This document shows positions 12,314-24,377 of a stretch of DNA of 64,000 bases, one piece after another. This DNA comes from Eledone cirrhosa. Its lineage: Eukaryota. Each line of letters starts with the position of its first letter. The stretch's first letter is position 1. Both the position numbers and the translations under genes were made by a program. The notes below the pieces were generated by a model. The model had not been told where the DNA came from, did no database searches, and worked only from the letters and a program-made list of their open reading frames with translations. Location: the NCBI GenBank assembly GCA_964016885.1, contig OZ024750.1, positions 4,154,001 through 4,218,000 of the forward strand, in the 5' to 3' direction.

Positions 12314-12592
12314 TGTATGTAAAAGGTAAACAGAAATAACAACACAATTGGTACAGTATATGGAAGGGATATATTATTAACGGTTGATATAGCGAAGAGG
12401 GTCTTAACGTTTCGGACGCTAGTCCTTCATCAGAAAAAAGAATGAGAAATAAGATAGATTGAGGGGCCGGGCGGGTTGGATTTGGAAAACATGTCTTTAG
12501 ATAAAAATAATAGGTCCATTCATGTTGACATCTCTTGCAAAACTGTTGGTGCTGGCGTTTTGTGTATGATTTATTTTTTAGAGAATGGAGCT
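12314..12592 (-). mobile_element. Penelope-like remnant family P1 (GIY-YIG-like C-terminus plus hammerhead)
   Basis: KRCQHEWTYYFYLKTCFPN resembles the PLE C-terminal R...E..WI..L.T..P.GLN motif; homologous to 53380-53660 (+). Confidence 0.65.
12402..12437 (-). ncRNA. Minimal type I hammerhead ribozyme (P1)
   Basis: tttt-CTGATGA-a-ggac-tagc-gtcc-GAAAC-GTT-aaga; loopless palindromic stem III (aacgtt) implies a dimeric fold. Confidence 0.7.
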
Positions 12593-12649
12593 GGCAGAGA
12601 AAAGATTTGAGATTGGGCATATTGAAGGTACTAGGGTGGGAGTGAAAAA

Positions 12650-12822
12650 TAGACGGGTAGGAACCCGGCGGTTGAGCTCCAGCTGTTTTGGATCTAGCTG
12701 TCGAAATGGCCGGAGCTCAGCCGTCGGGGTGAATCTTTTCATATTACCCACTCTACTACTCCAAGTATCGAGTACTCTGGTGGGTTATGGTCTACCTGGT
12801 TTTTTCCCACACCCTATCTGAT
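12650..12822 (+). mobile_element. Hairpin element family P8
   Basis: ccggcggttgagctcc ... ggagctcagccgtcgg inverted arms, tail catattacccactctacta..ccaagtat.gagtact; homologue 27845-28008; single arms at 7518-7570, 11299-11350, 14972-15030. Confidence 0.6.
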
Positions 12823-12850
12823 ATATATGTGTGTATATATATATATATAT

Positions 12851-12901
12851 AGTTTCAGAAGATCCCATTAAGGGTGAAAGCAGCGATTCTTTGCTTAAAC
12901 T
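12851..12901 (+). ncRNA. Type I hammerhead fold with variant core CAGAAGA (P2)
   Basis: agttt-CAGAAGA-t-ccc-attaa-ggg-t-GAAA-gca-gcgattctt-tgc-TT-aaact; all three stems pair. Confidence 0.6.
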
Positions 12902-13005
12902 TTAATCGGTTATTTTAATAAATATTTGTTCTTATATATTTGATATATATTTATCCTTATCGAGCTCTCTTTGGATTTTAGTCTTCTAATTTATTATTAT
13001 TACTA
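12851..13005 (+). mobile_element. Family P2 element, collinear copy, (TA)n-flanked
   Basis: Hammerhead module followed by tail atccttatcgag..ctctttggattttagtctt...ttattacta(ta)n. Confidence 0.7.
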
Positions 13006-13254
13006 TATATATATATATATAAATATATATATATATTTATATGTGTATGTATGTATGTATGTGTGTATATATATGTTTAGGTCTGAGGACCCTGTAAGTA
13101 CACAGGAGAAACTCCAGAGTAACAAGACTCAAGTTTGACCTTAATAAAGAATATATATATTTAAAGCTTGGTGGAGCCCATCCATCTTCAGGTCAGTACA
13201 TAGATGATTTCTTGTAGGGACAGAAAGAAAGAAAGAGAAAGAAACTTCTGTACA

Positions 13255-13400
13255 GGACTGGTACTTTATTTATTGGCTTGAAAAGGGTGAAAGGCTAAGT
13301 TGACCTCGGCATGATTTGAACTCAGGATGCAGAAAGACTCGGAATGAATACCACAAAGCATTTCTATCCTTCGTTTTAGTTACTCTGCCAATTCTCTGCC
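13255..13400 (-). mobile_element. Old SINE A-related copy
   Basis: Degenerate Meta core and B box gatttgaactcag. Confidence 0.55.
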
Positions 13401-13460
13401 TAACTGTTAAAATAACCAAATATAGAAATAAAGAAACGATATTTGCCAGAAAAAATATCA

Positions 13461-13715
13461 TTAAACCCTTTTGTTACGAAGCCATTGGAAATTACATCTA
13501 GTTCTGATACAAAACTTTATTTTACATGTTTATATTTAACTAAAAATCTTCCATCATAATTTTATGTAAGAACTTTTGTTAAGCTCCAGACACCAACTTA
13601 ATAATGAAAAATTTATTTATACAACTAAATCTTTCCTAATTTTGGAATATTTTCAAGAATGGTTCGAAAATATTAGGCAGTATCTTCAATTAGAAATATG
13701 GTAGCAAAAGGGTTA
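13461..13715. mobile_element. piggyBac-type MITE family 2 (old)
   Basis: TIR cccttttgttac / gtagcaaaaggg; related decayed copies near 2718-2920, 3330-4590 (split), 31424-31620, 36960-37410, 59905-60020. Confidence 0.55.
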
Positions 13716-14140
13716 GGAACTTAACAAGTTGTGAATAGCTAGGAGAGTTATCAAAACAATACAACTTACTGTATATATATAAATATAAGCTGACCCCACT
13801 ATTTTATGTTTGAGAAATGGGAAAAATCCAAACGTTATTTTCGTAGAATTTGAAGATGGTGAAAATTGTCAAAATATTTATTGACTCCAAATATAATCCA
13901 GCCCCCTTCTACCATTAATTTTTTGGTCACATATTCTTTGGTTTATATTCAAGTTTATAGGGTAATTCTTTTTCTCAATCAGCCTCTATCTCTGTAGTAG
14001 AAGACTAGTTTATAATCTAAAAAGTAAAGCTGAAGATTATTTCTACCATAAATTCTCAGCTGCAGGAAATCATAATTTACAAAGTTCTCTGAAGAATATT
14101 AATATTATAATTATTCTCTACAGAATTTTGGTATTACCGC

Positions 14141-14820
14141 ATCACATCTCATTACATAGACAGGTGTACACAGAAACAACATCACATCTCATTACATACA
14201 CAGGTGTACACAGAAACAACATCACATCTCATTACATACACAGGTGTACACAGAAACAACATCACATCTCAATACATACACAGGTGTACACAGAAACAAC
14301 ATCACATCTCATTACATACACAGGTGTACACAGAAACAACATCACATCTCATTACATACACAGGTGTACACAGAAACAACATCACATCTCATTACATACA
14401 CAGGTGTACACAGAAACAACATCACATCTCAATACATACACAGGTGTACACAGAAACAACATCACATCTCAATACATACACAGGTGTACACAGAAACAAC
14501 ATCACATCTCAATACATACACAGGTGTACACAGAAACAACATCACATCTCATTACATACACAGGTGTACACAGAAACAACATCACATCTCAATACATACA
14601 CAGGTGTACACAGAAACAACATCACATCTCAATACATACACAGGTGTACACAGAAACAACATCACATCTCATTACATACACAGGTGTACACAGAAACAAC
14701 ATCACATCTCATTACATACACAGGTGTACACAGAAACAACATCACATCTCATTACATACACAGGTGTACACAGAAACAACATCACATCTCATTACATACA
14801 CCGGTGTACACAGAAACAAA
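14141..14820. repeat. 40-bp minisatellite x17
   Basis: atcacatctca(t/a)tacatacacaggtgtacacagaaacaac. Confidence 0.95.
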
Positions 14821-15039
14821 TATACCACTGTATACACTTAAATATAAACCAAAGAATATGTGACCACCCACCAAAATATTGATTGAAAGATTAGTTTGGG
14901 GTGGGGGATGGAGGTTCAGTTTATATACACCATATAAACAATATGTTGATTAGCTGCCTTGGCTTATAAATGGGGTTCGGATTTGTTGTTGAAATGGCAA
15001 GAGCTCAGCTGTTGGGCCCTGACTCTCTAATAAATATAT

Positions 15040-15259
15040 CTATCGACAGCCGATCGACTTTCGTCAAATTAGACCAAGGAAACAATGTTTGTGTTGGTTT
15101 TTTCCAATTGCTAATACTATCTATCGGTTGCAACTCCAGGTAGAAGGAGCAACGTAAAATAGTGTCTTGCTCAAGGACATAACGCATCACCCAGTCCAGG
15201 AATCGAACTCAGAACCTCATGATTGTGAATCCAATTCTCTTACCACTCAGCAATGTGCC

Positions 15260-15261
<2 letters not shown>
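15040..15261 (-). mobile_element. tRNA-CORE SINE family B2 (different 3' module)
   Basis: Head and CORE as in B, then ttgctccttctacctggagttgc..agcaattggaaa; also 28919-29105 and 31645-31845. Confidence 0.7.
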
Positions 15262-15333
<72 letters not shown>

Positions 15334-15476
15334 GTGTGTGTGTGCATATATATATATATTCAGACATCCAAATCCAAGTGATTGAAAAGAAATGAAGGTA
15401 GGAGACCAATTCTTTCTATTGTTCCTGATCACCTTGAAATATTTAACCAACTTCCACCTTGTTTACATCTGAGTCT

Positions 15477-15640
15477 ACCACCACTAACCTCCCCTTAGTC
15501 TCTTACCACCACTACCCTCCCTTTAGTCTCTTACCACCACTAACCTCCCTTTAGTCTCTTACCACCACTACCCTCCCCTTAGTCTCTTACCACCACTACC
15601 CTCCCCTTAGTCTCTTACCACCACTACCCTCCCTTTAGTA
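15477..15640. repeat. 29-bp minisatellite about 5.5x
   Basis: accaccactaccctccccttagtctctt. Confidence 0.9.
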
Positions 15641-16379
15641 TCTCAAGAAACATTTCTTCTCCAACTCCCAGTTGAACATTTCTCCAATGAACATTTCCCC
15701 ATGGCACAAAGTAGGAAGGTGTTCACTGACTTCCTTCGATGAAATGTTGGCACATGTTGCAGACAATTTGTGGTGGTAAGAAATGGTTTATTGTGTGAAG
15801 GATGTGTTCATGTAGGAGAATGTGTGTATGAAGGATATATTCATGTAGGAGTATGTTTGTGTGGATGTGTTCATGTAGGAGTAGGCATATGTGTTTGTAT
15901 GGATGTATTCATGTAGGAGTATGTGTGTGAATGGCTGTGTTTATGTAGGAGTGTGCCTCTGTTTATCTGCTTGCATGTGTATGTGTGTGCATTTGTTTAT
16001 CTACTTACATGTGTGTGTCTTTGTTTATCTACTTACATGTGTGTGTGTGCCTCTGCTTATCTGCTTACATGTGTGTGTGTGCATGTGTTTATCTGCTAAC
16101 ATGCATGCATAAATACATACAAATATGTATGTATATACACATACAAGCATATATACATACAAGCATGTACACAAACATGTATACATACATACATGCATAC
16201 ACATACACACACAAACATGTACACAATGGATCTCACATGAATTTCCACAATGAAAGTTCCAGCTCTTCAATCAATGGTACTCCATATTTATTGTATTACA
16301 CTAGTGACTGACTGTTCCATAGATACTAGTGTCATTGAGATGATCTTCACATATACTCAGCACAACATTTCCGTCCACT

Positions 16380-16650
16380 GTGTCGATGACACAACAGTCC
16401 ACACTGTAAGGTAGCCACGTAGGAGACATGGTAAAAAGGCTCCCAGTCCACACTGTAAAGTGGCCGTGTAGGAGACACGGTAAAAAGGCTCCCAGTCCAC
16501 ATTGTGAATGTGGTTGGTTTTAGGAAGCGCATCCAGCTGTAAAAAAAACCTGCCAGAGACACTTCTGTGCGAGCGTAATATGGTCTCCCGACCAATCCTG
16601 CATCAAATGGAACAAAACCGTGGAAGATGGACATTAAATGATGATGATGA
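16380..16650 (+). mobile_element. Diverged RTE-tailed SINE body
   Basis: cccagtccacactgtaaagtgg repeats, ggaagcgcatccagctgta, ggacattaaa(tga)n. Confidence 0.6.
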
Positions 16651-16802
16651 AATTGAGGGTAGATCCAACATGGCTGACTTTATGGATTACAACTATAATC
16701 AATCCAACAGAGTTTCAAACAATTTCCATCTACTCAGACTTTGAGTCTTGGACATAATAGAAGACTTTTAACCTTTCAGGTATATCTGTGTATACACATG
16801 TA

Positions 16803-17067
16803 CAGGGTGGTCCGAAAGTCTTGTCACCCCTACATATTGTTTTAACTTTCATTATTTTTTGTTTTAATGGGCGGTGGATTGGCAGTATCGGTAGAGGGTC
16901 AGACGCCATGCTTTCCAGCATAGTTACGTCCCTTTGTGGTCTGAGTTCAAATCCTGCCGAGGTTAACTTTGCCTTTCATCCTTACGGGGTCGATAAAATA
17001 AAGTATCAGTAATACACTGGGATAATTGCTGGCCTTGTGCCAAAAGTAGAAACAATTATTTTTTGTT

Positions 17068-17100
<33 letters not shown>

Positions 17101-17146
17101 TCATTTTCTTTTTGGTAAGAGGTGACAAGACTTTCGGACCAACCTG
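16803..17146. mobile_element. Tc1/mariner MITE interrupted by SINE A
   Basis: TIR cagggtggtccgaaagtcttgtcacc / ggtgacaagactttcggaccaacctg, TA-flanked. Confidence 0.8.
16869..17054 (+). mobile_element. Full-length SINE A with 18-bp TSD
   Basis: attattttttgttttaat at 16851-16868 and 17055-17072. Confidence 0.9.
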
Positions 17147-18420
17147 TACAAAGACATAGATAGGTTAACACAGGAGTAAACACACTGGTATTGACTGTGT
17201 TACAAATCTAAATACAACTCTCATTAAAATTCTCTCTCAGTCTTTCATTCACTTAAATCCAACACCTTAGACACCAGGATGATTTTAAACAAGAAAAAGT
17301 ACCAGTAATGCACTGGGTAATTGCTGGCCTTGTGCCAAACGTAGAAACAATTATATATAACATTAATAAATATATTATTATATATATATATATATATTAT
17401 GATTCATCATCATTATCACTGGGTAATTGCTGGCCTTGTGCCTAAAGTAGAAACAATTATCATCTTTTAACGTCCATCTTCCACTCTAGCATGGGTTGGA
17501 CAGGTTTGTCCCACTTGAGGCAAGATTGGTCAGGTGTCCATGTCTTGCTCATATAGAACTGTTTCTGGCAGGTTTTCTATGGCTGGATGCTCTTTCTAAT
17601 GCCAACCATATTATATATATAACATTAATAAATATATTATGATGATGTATATATATATATTATATCATATTTATTTTCTTGTGTGGAACACATATATCAT
17701 CATCATCATCTTCATTTAACGTCCATTTTCCACGCTAGCATGGGTTAGACGGAGGGTATATATATGTATGCATATGGCAGTTGTTTCTAGTGTCACATAA
17801 AAAGCAGCCAGGCTACCATGTAAAGTGGTTGTGTCAAAGGTATAATGCTCCCGGTAAATGCTGTAAAGTGGTTGGCATTAGGAAGAACATCCACTTGTAG
17901 AAACAAGGCGAAACATGGGGCCTGTGAAGAAGAACCAGACCTGAACAATACGTGGTTACCTGATCAGTCTAACCACAATACATGACAACCTGTCTAAACT
18001 CATGCAAGTATGAAAACTAGTTTTAAATGATGATGATGATAAAGCTATACAAGGGTAGTGCCCTAGCATGACCTCAACCGGGTCGCTGGAACAGGTAAAA
18101 AAAGAATTAAGAAAAAAAGAGTATACTATATGCATTGATTTTATCCTTATTTATTATCTATCTATCTCTCTATCTCTCTATTGTAATAGATATAACAATA
18201 AAAACTAAAAAGGAGTGCCTGTGTGGTACTTGCTTTATGCATATATATATGCACTGGAAAAGAATAATCTACAAGGCCATCGTTTTCTCCTAACAAAAGG
18301 CAAAACACAGAAATAAACAACAGTAGTCAAGCTACAAATAGTCAAGCTACAAAAAGTTTTGTGAATCTAGTACAAAATCTAAAGTTAAACCAGACCAAAC
18401 TACAACTGGTGCAGTTCCAG

Positions 18421-19266
18421 TTAACTCTTTCGTAGTTACATTACTCTATATATACTATTGTATTTTCATGGTAAAGGCTTTACCTCACATAATATCTCAC
18501 ATAACATTTACATTACTCTATATATACTATTGTATTTTCACAGTAAAGGCTTTATCTCAAATAATTATCTTACATATTTAAATTACTCTATATATACTAT
18601 TGTATTTTCACAGTAAAGGCTTTATCTCACATAACATTTACATTACTCTATATATACTATTGTATTTTCACAGTAAAGGCTTTACCTCACATAAGATTTA
18701 TATTACTCTATATATACTATTGTATTTTTACAGTAAAGGCTTTACCTCACATAATATCTCACATAACATTTACATTACTCTATATATACTATTGTATTTT
18801 TACAGTAAAGGCTTTACCTCACATAATATCTCACATAACATTTACATTACTCTATATATACTATTGTATTTTCACAGCAAAGGCTTTACCTCACATAATA
18901 TCTCTCATAACATTTACATTACTCTATATATACTATTGTATTTTCACAGTAAAGGCTTTACCTCATATAATATCTCACATAACTCTATATATACTATTGT
19001 ATTTTCACAGTAAAGGCTTTACCTCATATAATATCTCACATAACATTTACATTACTCTATATATACTATTGTATTTTTACAGAAAAGGCTTTGTCTCAAA
19101 TAATTATCTCACGTGATATCGAATCTATGAGATTTTGATATTATTTATTTTTAGAAAAATACCTTAACATCAGTATGAGTTGCCGGTATCAGCCAGTTTG
19201 AACAGAAAGAGTTGAGAGAAAGAGTATTCTGGCCGAATATGGCTGGTTTAAATGCTAAAGGGTTAA
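18421..19266. mobile_element. piggyBac-type MITE family 1 with internal 60-71-bp tandem expansion (about 10 units)
   Basis: TTAA-bounded, ends taaatgctaaaggg-ttaa; repeated block catttacattactctatatatactattgtattttcacagtaaaggcttta.ctcacataa. Confidence 0.8.
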
Positions 19267-19539
19267 ACAAATAGACAAGATCACTAAAAATACTAAATGC
19301 AGTCTTCCTCTATACCTCTTTCTAACTAACTGTCTATCTCCTTTTCTGGAGGAAATTAACTACATTCAGACAAGGAGAGGCATGGTATCTGTTGGGTTTA
19401 TAAGGGTCAAGAAATGCCTGATATCATCATGATGCCCCCACAACTCCATCAGGAATTGTGGGTTTATACATACATCTGCTATATATAAAATGAAGCCTGA
19501 GCTCAAGTTTAAAAACTATAAAAACTTTCTGACTAAATC

Positions 19540-19800
19540 ACTTCCAATACTTTCCTAAAGATTCTTGTGAAAATGACGTAACTCTCCAACATAAGAAAAA
19601 AGAAATAAAAGCCCACATGCTGAAAATTACATAACTATTTCTCAGATTTCACATATCAGCAAGGTCGTGAAATGAATTATCAGAAAGAAACTGATTAAGT
19701 TCATAGTTGTAAAAGACCTTCTAATTTATGCACAACAAGGTTTTTTTGTCTCGCTGTCCAATGAGGTAACTCTTGATGTTCTGTACCACATTAACATGAC
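19540..19800 (+). pseudogene. Degenerate LINE reverse transcriptase fragment
   Basis: AENYITISQISHISKVVK*IIRKKLIKFIVVKDLLIYAQQGF matches the NYRPISLTS..K..E.I....L.........QHGF RT motif. Confidence 0.6.
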
Positions 19801-20036
19801 ATTCTTGAAAAGTACAAAACAGCACTATGACTACATCATAATTAGACCAGACAAGACTAAATACATATAAAACCGAGCTAGTATATTAATTTTTTTAATT
19901 TTTACCACATATTAGAATCTATATTGCTTAACCCTTTAGTATTTATATTACTCTATATATACTTTTGTATTTTCACAGAAAAGGCTTTATCTCACATAAT
20001 ATTGAAGCTATGAGATTTTGATATTTATTTTGAGTT

Positions 20037-20107
20037 CATGCTCAGAGTTGCTGAAGCATGGAACAAACTACCTGCATCAGTTGTTAGCCGCTAGGACACT
20101 GCATCCT
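20037..20107 (+). mobile_element. CR1 fragment with a single unamplified unit
   Basis: ctcagagttgctgaagcatggaacaaactacctgcatcagttgttagc. Confidence 0.7.
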
Positions 20108-20233
20108 ACCAGTGCAAACACTTTACCATGATGTAAAGATCTTTGTTGATTGATTGAAACAGGCTATGCTATACTGATGAGGCCAAAATATCCCTGCAGC
20201 TCTTTTGCATGTAAACAAAGAACAAATTTTGGT

Positions 20234-20462
20234 TTAACCCTTTAGCATTTACATTACTCTATATATACTATTGTATTTTCACTCTAAAGGCTTTATCTTA
20301 CATAATTATCTCACATAATATTGAATCTACAAGATTTTGATATTATTTATTTTGAGATCAATACCTTAATGACAGTATGAGTGACCAGTTAGGACCAGTT
20401 TGAACAGAAAGAGGTGAGAGAATTCTGGTTGGATATGGTTGGTTTAAATGCTAAAGGGTTAA
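20234..20462. mobile_element. piggyBac-type MITE family 1 (about 225 bp)
   Basis: TTAA-ccctttagcattta ... taaatgctaaaggg-TTAA. Confidence 0.85.
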
Positions 20463-20707
20463 GATGTGTTTTAAAGTTATCTAATCTTCGATGACCCTTT
20501 TCTCTTTCTCTTGTAAATTAGAATGTCTCCACCTTGTCGATAATGCAATTACTTTTCTTCTATACACAATATATAATGTCTGTTCTTCATGAAAACATTA
20601 AATCTAGTTGTTTATCTCCAGGTCAGCTTTGATTGAGCAAACCGTCAATGAAAGGTATTCAAGTCTTGACAGTCCTATCTTTTTATCCAAATATGACAGT
20701 TTAATGT

Positions 20708-21090
20708 AGGGTCGTGAGGGCAGAATCCTCAAACACTCCTTCCAGCAGGTCCTGTCAGAAGCAACTGTCCCCAACTGATCTGGCTGGATCTCTAAGTGAG
20801 ACCAGCCAAGCTCATGGATGTTATTCTCAGGGTCTACTCCAGGGTCTCCTATCTGCTGGTTTTGTGTGTAAAATCCATCCACCAATTCTTTCCTAAGACA
20901 TTCTAATCACATGGCTGTAGTACTGGAACTGTGATCTCTCAATTCAGAGAAGTAGCGGCTCTACCTGGAGTGACCCTCTGATCTCCGAGCTACAAATCCA
21001 TCCAGTGATTCTTTCCCCGAGACATTCTAACCACATGCCCATAGTATTAGAACTGTGATGTCTCAATTCAGAGAAGTAGCGGCTCTACCT
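20708..21090 (-). mobile_element. RTE LINE family 2 3' fragment with about 120-bp internal duplication
   Basis: VEPLLL.IERSQ..YYGHVVRM, RPWSRP, ELGWSHLEIQPDQLGTVASDRTCWKECLRILPSRP. Confidence 0.7.
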
Positions 21091-21389
21091 AAATATTGTT
21101 TAGATATATTAATGCTATATATTTCAGTAATCTCTAGGACTTGAAAGTGCTAATGTCCGATGCTAGTGAAAAGAAATGAAACCTACATTGTATAAGAGAA
21201 AGTACTAGATGCATCTTACACAATCTTACCACATAATCGTACCATTAGTGGCAGGCAATACAGAGTGAGATATGAACAATACCCTAAGATATGTTTTAAT
21301 TCAGCTCAGTGACATTTCTTATATATGGTTTTGCAGATAATTTACAAACAGCTGCCATAATGCTTCTTAACTCCCTTTACAAGCATCAA

Positions 21390-21606
21390 TGGTTTCTTAT
21401 ATAGGCACAAGGCTAGCAATTTTGGGGGAGGGAAAAGTCGATTAAATCGACCCCAGTGCGTGACTAGTACTTTATTTTATTACCCCCTAAAGGATGAAAG
21501 GCAAAGTTAACTTCGGCAGGATTTGAACTCAGACCGTAAAGGGACGTAACTCTATGCTGCAAAAAATGGCATCCGACCCTCTACCAATACTGCCAATCCA
21601 CTGCCC
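21390..21606 (-). mobile_element. SINE A
   Basis: Family consensus. Confidence 0.85.
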
Positions 21607-22484
21607 TACAAGCATTAATAAAATCTGAGATATTCTCCTCTACCTTCTCACAAACCACCTGTAGTGTTGACACGGTCTGCTCAGAATGGGTGTAATAATT
21701 CACGGTAATAAAACATGTGCTCTGACAAGAGTTGTACAGGTACAGATAAATAGACAATAATCCAGGCATAAAAAAATATGGTTCACATAAATATGTTTGT
21801 AAAATCACTGGAGTAATTCATGGGTAGAAAATAAATGTATTATAAATGGTGTTTTTATGAATGAAAGTTCTACATTGAATGTGAATTTGGTTAGAGCGGA
21901 TTATGTCGTCATGGTCAAAGAGAAAATAAAATATATATAAACAAAGTTATCTTGAATATCGAGTATTAGAATTTGTAGAATAATTAGAAGAACTCAACTC
22001 AAGGAAGCTGTTAAATCAGCAAAATGCCATCAATGACAGTGCCAGGTAAAATTTTACCCCAGGGGATAGAAATCAGCAGCTAGAAGTGTGTTGGCTCACA
22101 AAAGTTATAGGAAGAAAAGAGAAAAGGAAGAAAATGGATGAGAGAATATCATACAAACTTATATACACTCATCAGCTTTTAGACCTACTGTGGTTGCGCA
22201 CGATTTTACTAAAAGTACTGCGCAAAATAGATATACTTTTTTATGGGAACTGACAGAAAACGAGATACTGTAAACTGATTAGACATCTCTAATATTTTAA
22301 ATCAGCTGATAATAAAGTTCCATACAAAGGTGGCAAATTGGTAGAGTGGTTAGAACCTCAGGTGTAAGCTACCAATAATAATATCTTGTTCATACAGAAG
22401 CAAAATAATATTAAATTTTATTGTTTCAAGTATACAATTTCTCCTCCATGTTACCCAATGTCAACTTGATTGTCAGAAACATGT

Positions 22485-23468
22485 TGGTATATGTGATAAT
22501 ATATAATTTGTCCACTGGTATATGTGATAATATATAATTTGTCCACTGGTATATATGATAATATATAATTTGTCCACTGGTATATGATAATATATAATTT
22601 GGCCACTGGTATATGTGATAATATATAATTAGGCCACTGGTATATGTGATAATATATAATCTGTCCACTAGTATATATGATAATATAGAATTTGGCCACT
22701 GGTATATATGATAATATATAATTTGTCCATTGGTATATATGATAATATATAATTTGTCCATTGGTATATGATAATATATAATTTGTCCATTGGTATATGT
22801 GATAATATATAATCTTTCCATTGGTATATGTGATAATATATAATCTGTCCACTAGTATATATGATAATATATAATTTGGCCACTGGTATATGTGATAATA
22901 TATAATTAGGCCACTGGTATATGTGATAATATATAATCTGTCCACTAGTATATATGATAATATAGAATTTGGCCACTGGTATATATGATAATATATAATT
23001 TGTCCATTGGTATATGTGATAATATATAATTTGTGCATTGGTATATGTGATAATATATAATTTGGCCACTGGTATATATGATAATATATAATTTGTCCAC
23101 TGGTATATATGATAATATATAATTTGTCCATTGGTATATATGATAATATATAATTTGTCCATTGGTATATGATAATATATAATTTGTCCATTGGTATATG
23201 TGATAATATATAATCTTTCCATTGGTATATGTGATAATATATAATCTGTCCACTAGTATATATGATAATATATAATTTGGCCACTGGTATATGTGATAAT
23301 ATATAATTAGGCCACTGGTATATGTGATAATATATAATTTGTCCATTGGTAATATGATAATATATAATTTGTCCATTGTTATATGTGATAATATATAATC
23401 TGTCCACTAGTATATATGATAATATATAATTTGGCCACTGGTATATGTGATAATATATAATTTGTCCA
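22485..23468. repeat. About 31-bp minisatellite, about 32 units, with higher-order block duplication
   Basis: tggtatatgtgataatatataatttgtcca(c/t). Confidence 0.95.
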
Positions 23469-24056
23469 TCATTTAACCAGAGCTTGACCAAGAGCAAATG
23501 TTATTCGTTCCCACTATAATATAATAACCTTTGACTTACTAAATGATAAAAATACAAACTTGAGTCATGATGAAAAGTAAAATCAATGTTTATAGCTAAC
23601 CATTTTAATATCTATCAGCCTCAGTGCACTTGTACTAAAGTGTTTATATTAAAATCAATAAACCATGAAAAATGGACTTAAAAATGATGATGGTGATGAT
23701 CTCTATAAAAAATATCACCACTGGGAGATTTCTGTTGGTCAGTACTAGTATAATATACACACCACTAATATATAAAATTTCAAATATTTTACTAAAGCCC
23801 TCCAACATTTTGATTAATGTATTTCCTGTCACAGAAGACACTTCACCATCAAGGACGCACCCCAATTTTGACAACTAAAAATATGACAAACAATAATAAA
23901 CATAAACATAAGTTCCCAGCATTTCAGATTTTGTTACTTAATATTTTAATGATATTTTGTTTATTGACTTTCCCCTCTTCCAAGATTGTTGGCCTTGTGC
24001 CTATAGCAGAAATCATTATTCTACAACAATGGTTGAAAAATGAATAGACATACATA

Positions 24057-24189
24057 TGAGGCCATAGTATCTAGAATAAGGACGAGTTGGAAGAAGTTTA
24101 GGGAGCTGCTTCCTCTGCTGACAAAGAAGGGTTTCTCCCTGCGTATGAAAGGCTGTTTATATGATGTCTGTGTGAGATGCACAATGCTC
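24057..24189 (+). mobile_element. RTE LINE internal fragment
   Basis: EAIVSRIRTSWKKFRELLPLLTKKGFSLRMKGCLYDVCVRCTML, typical post-RT region of RTE. Confidence 0.7.
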
Positions 24190-24201
24190 GAAAATACAAT
24201 A

Positions 24202-24377
24202 CAGTGAAATTCCATGATAACGAAAATTCACATGGTATTAAAAAAAAATTTGTTGCAAAGAAAAATTCTTTATAATGAGATTGTCAGAAATAAATTGAGT
24301 GTTTGTTTGTGATTACCATGGAGATTGAAAAAAATTTCATTATACTGAAAAATGTGTTATAATGGAATTATACTTGT
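24202..24377. mobile_element. Tigger/pogo-like MITE (decayed)
   Basis: ta-cagtgaaattccatgataac ... gttataatggaatt; end fragment also at 48495-48524. Confidence 0.45.

Noticed and set aside
14128-14882. 212-237 aa ORFs, and a regular array that could suggest CRISPR
   Set aside because: Head-to-tail 40-bp repeats with no unique spacers, no cas genes, eukaryotic context
15400-15780. Possible decayed Tx1/L1 C-terminus on the minus strand
   Set aside because: Only scattered residues match; multiple stops
22426-23497. 348-aa repetitive ORF
   Set aside because: Minisatellite translation
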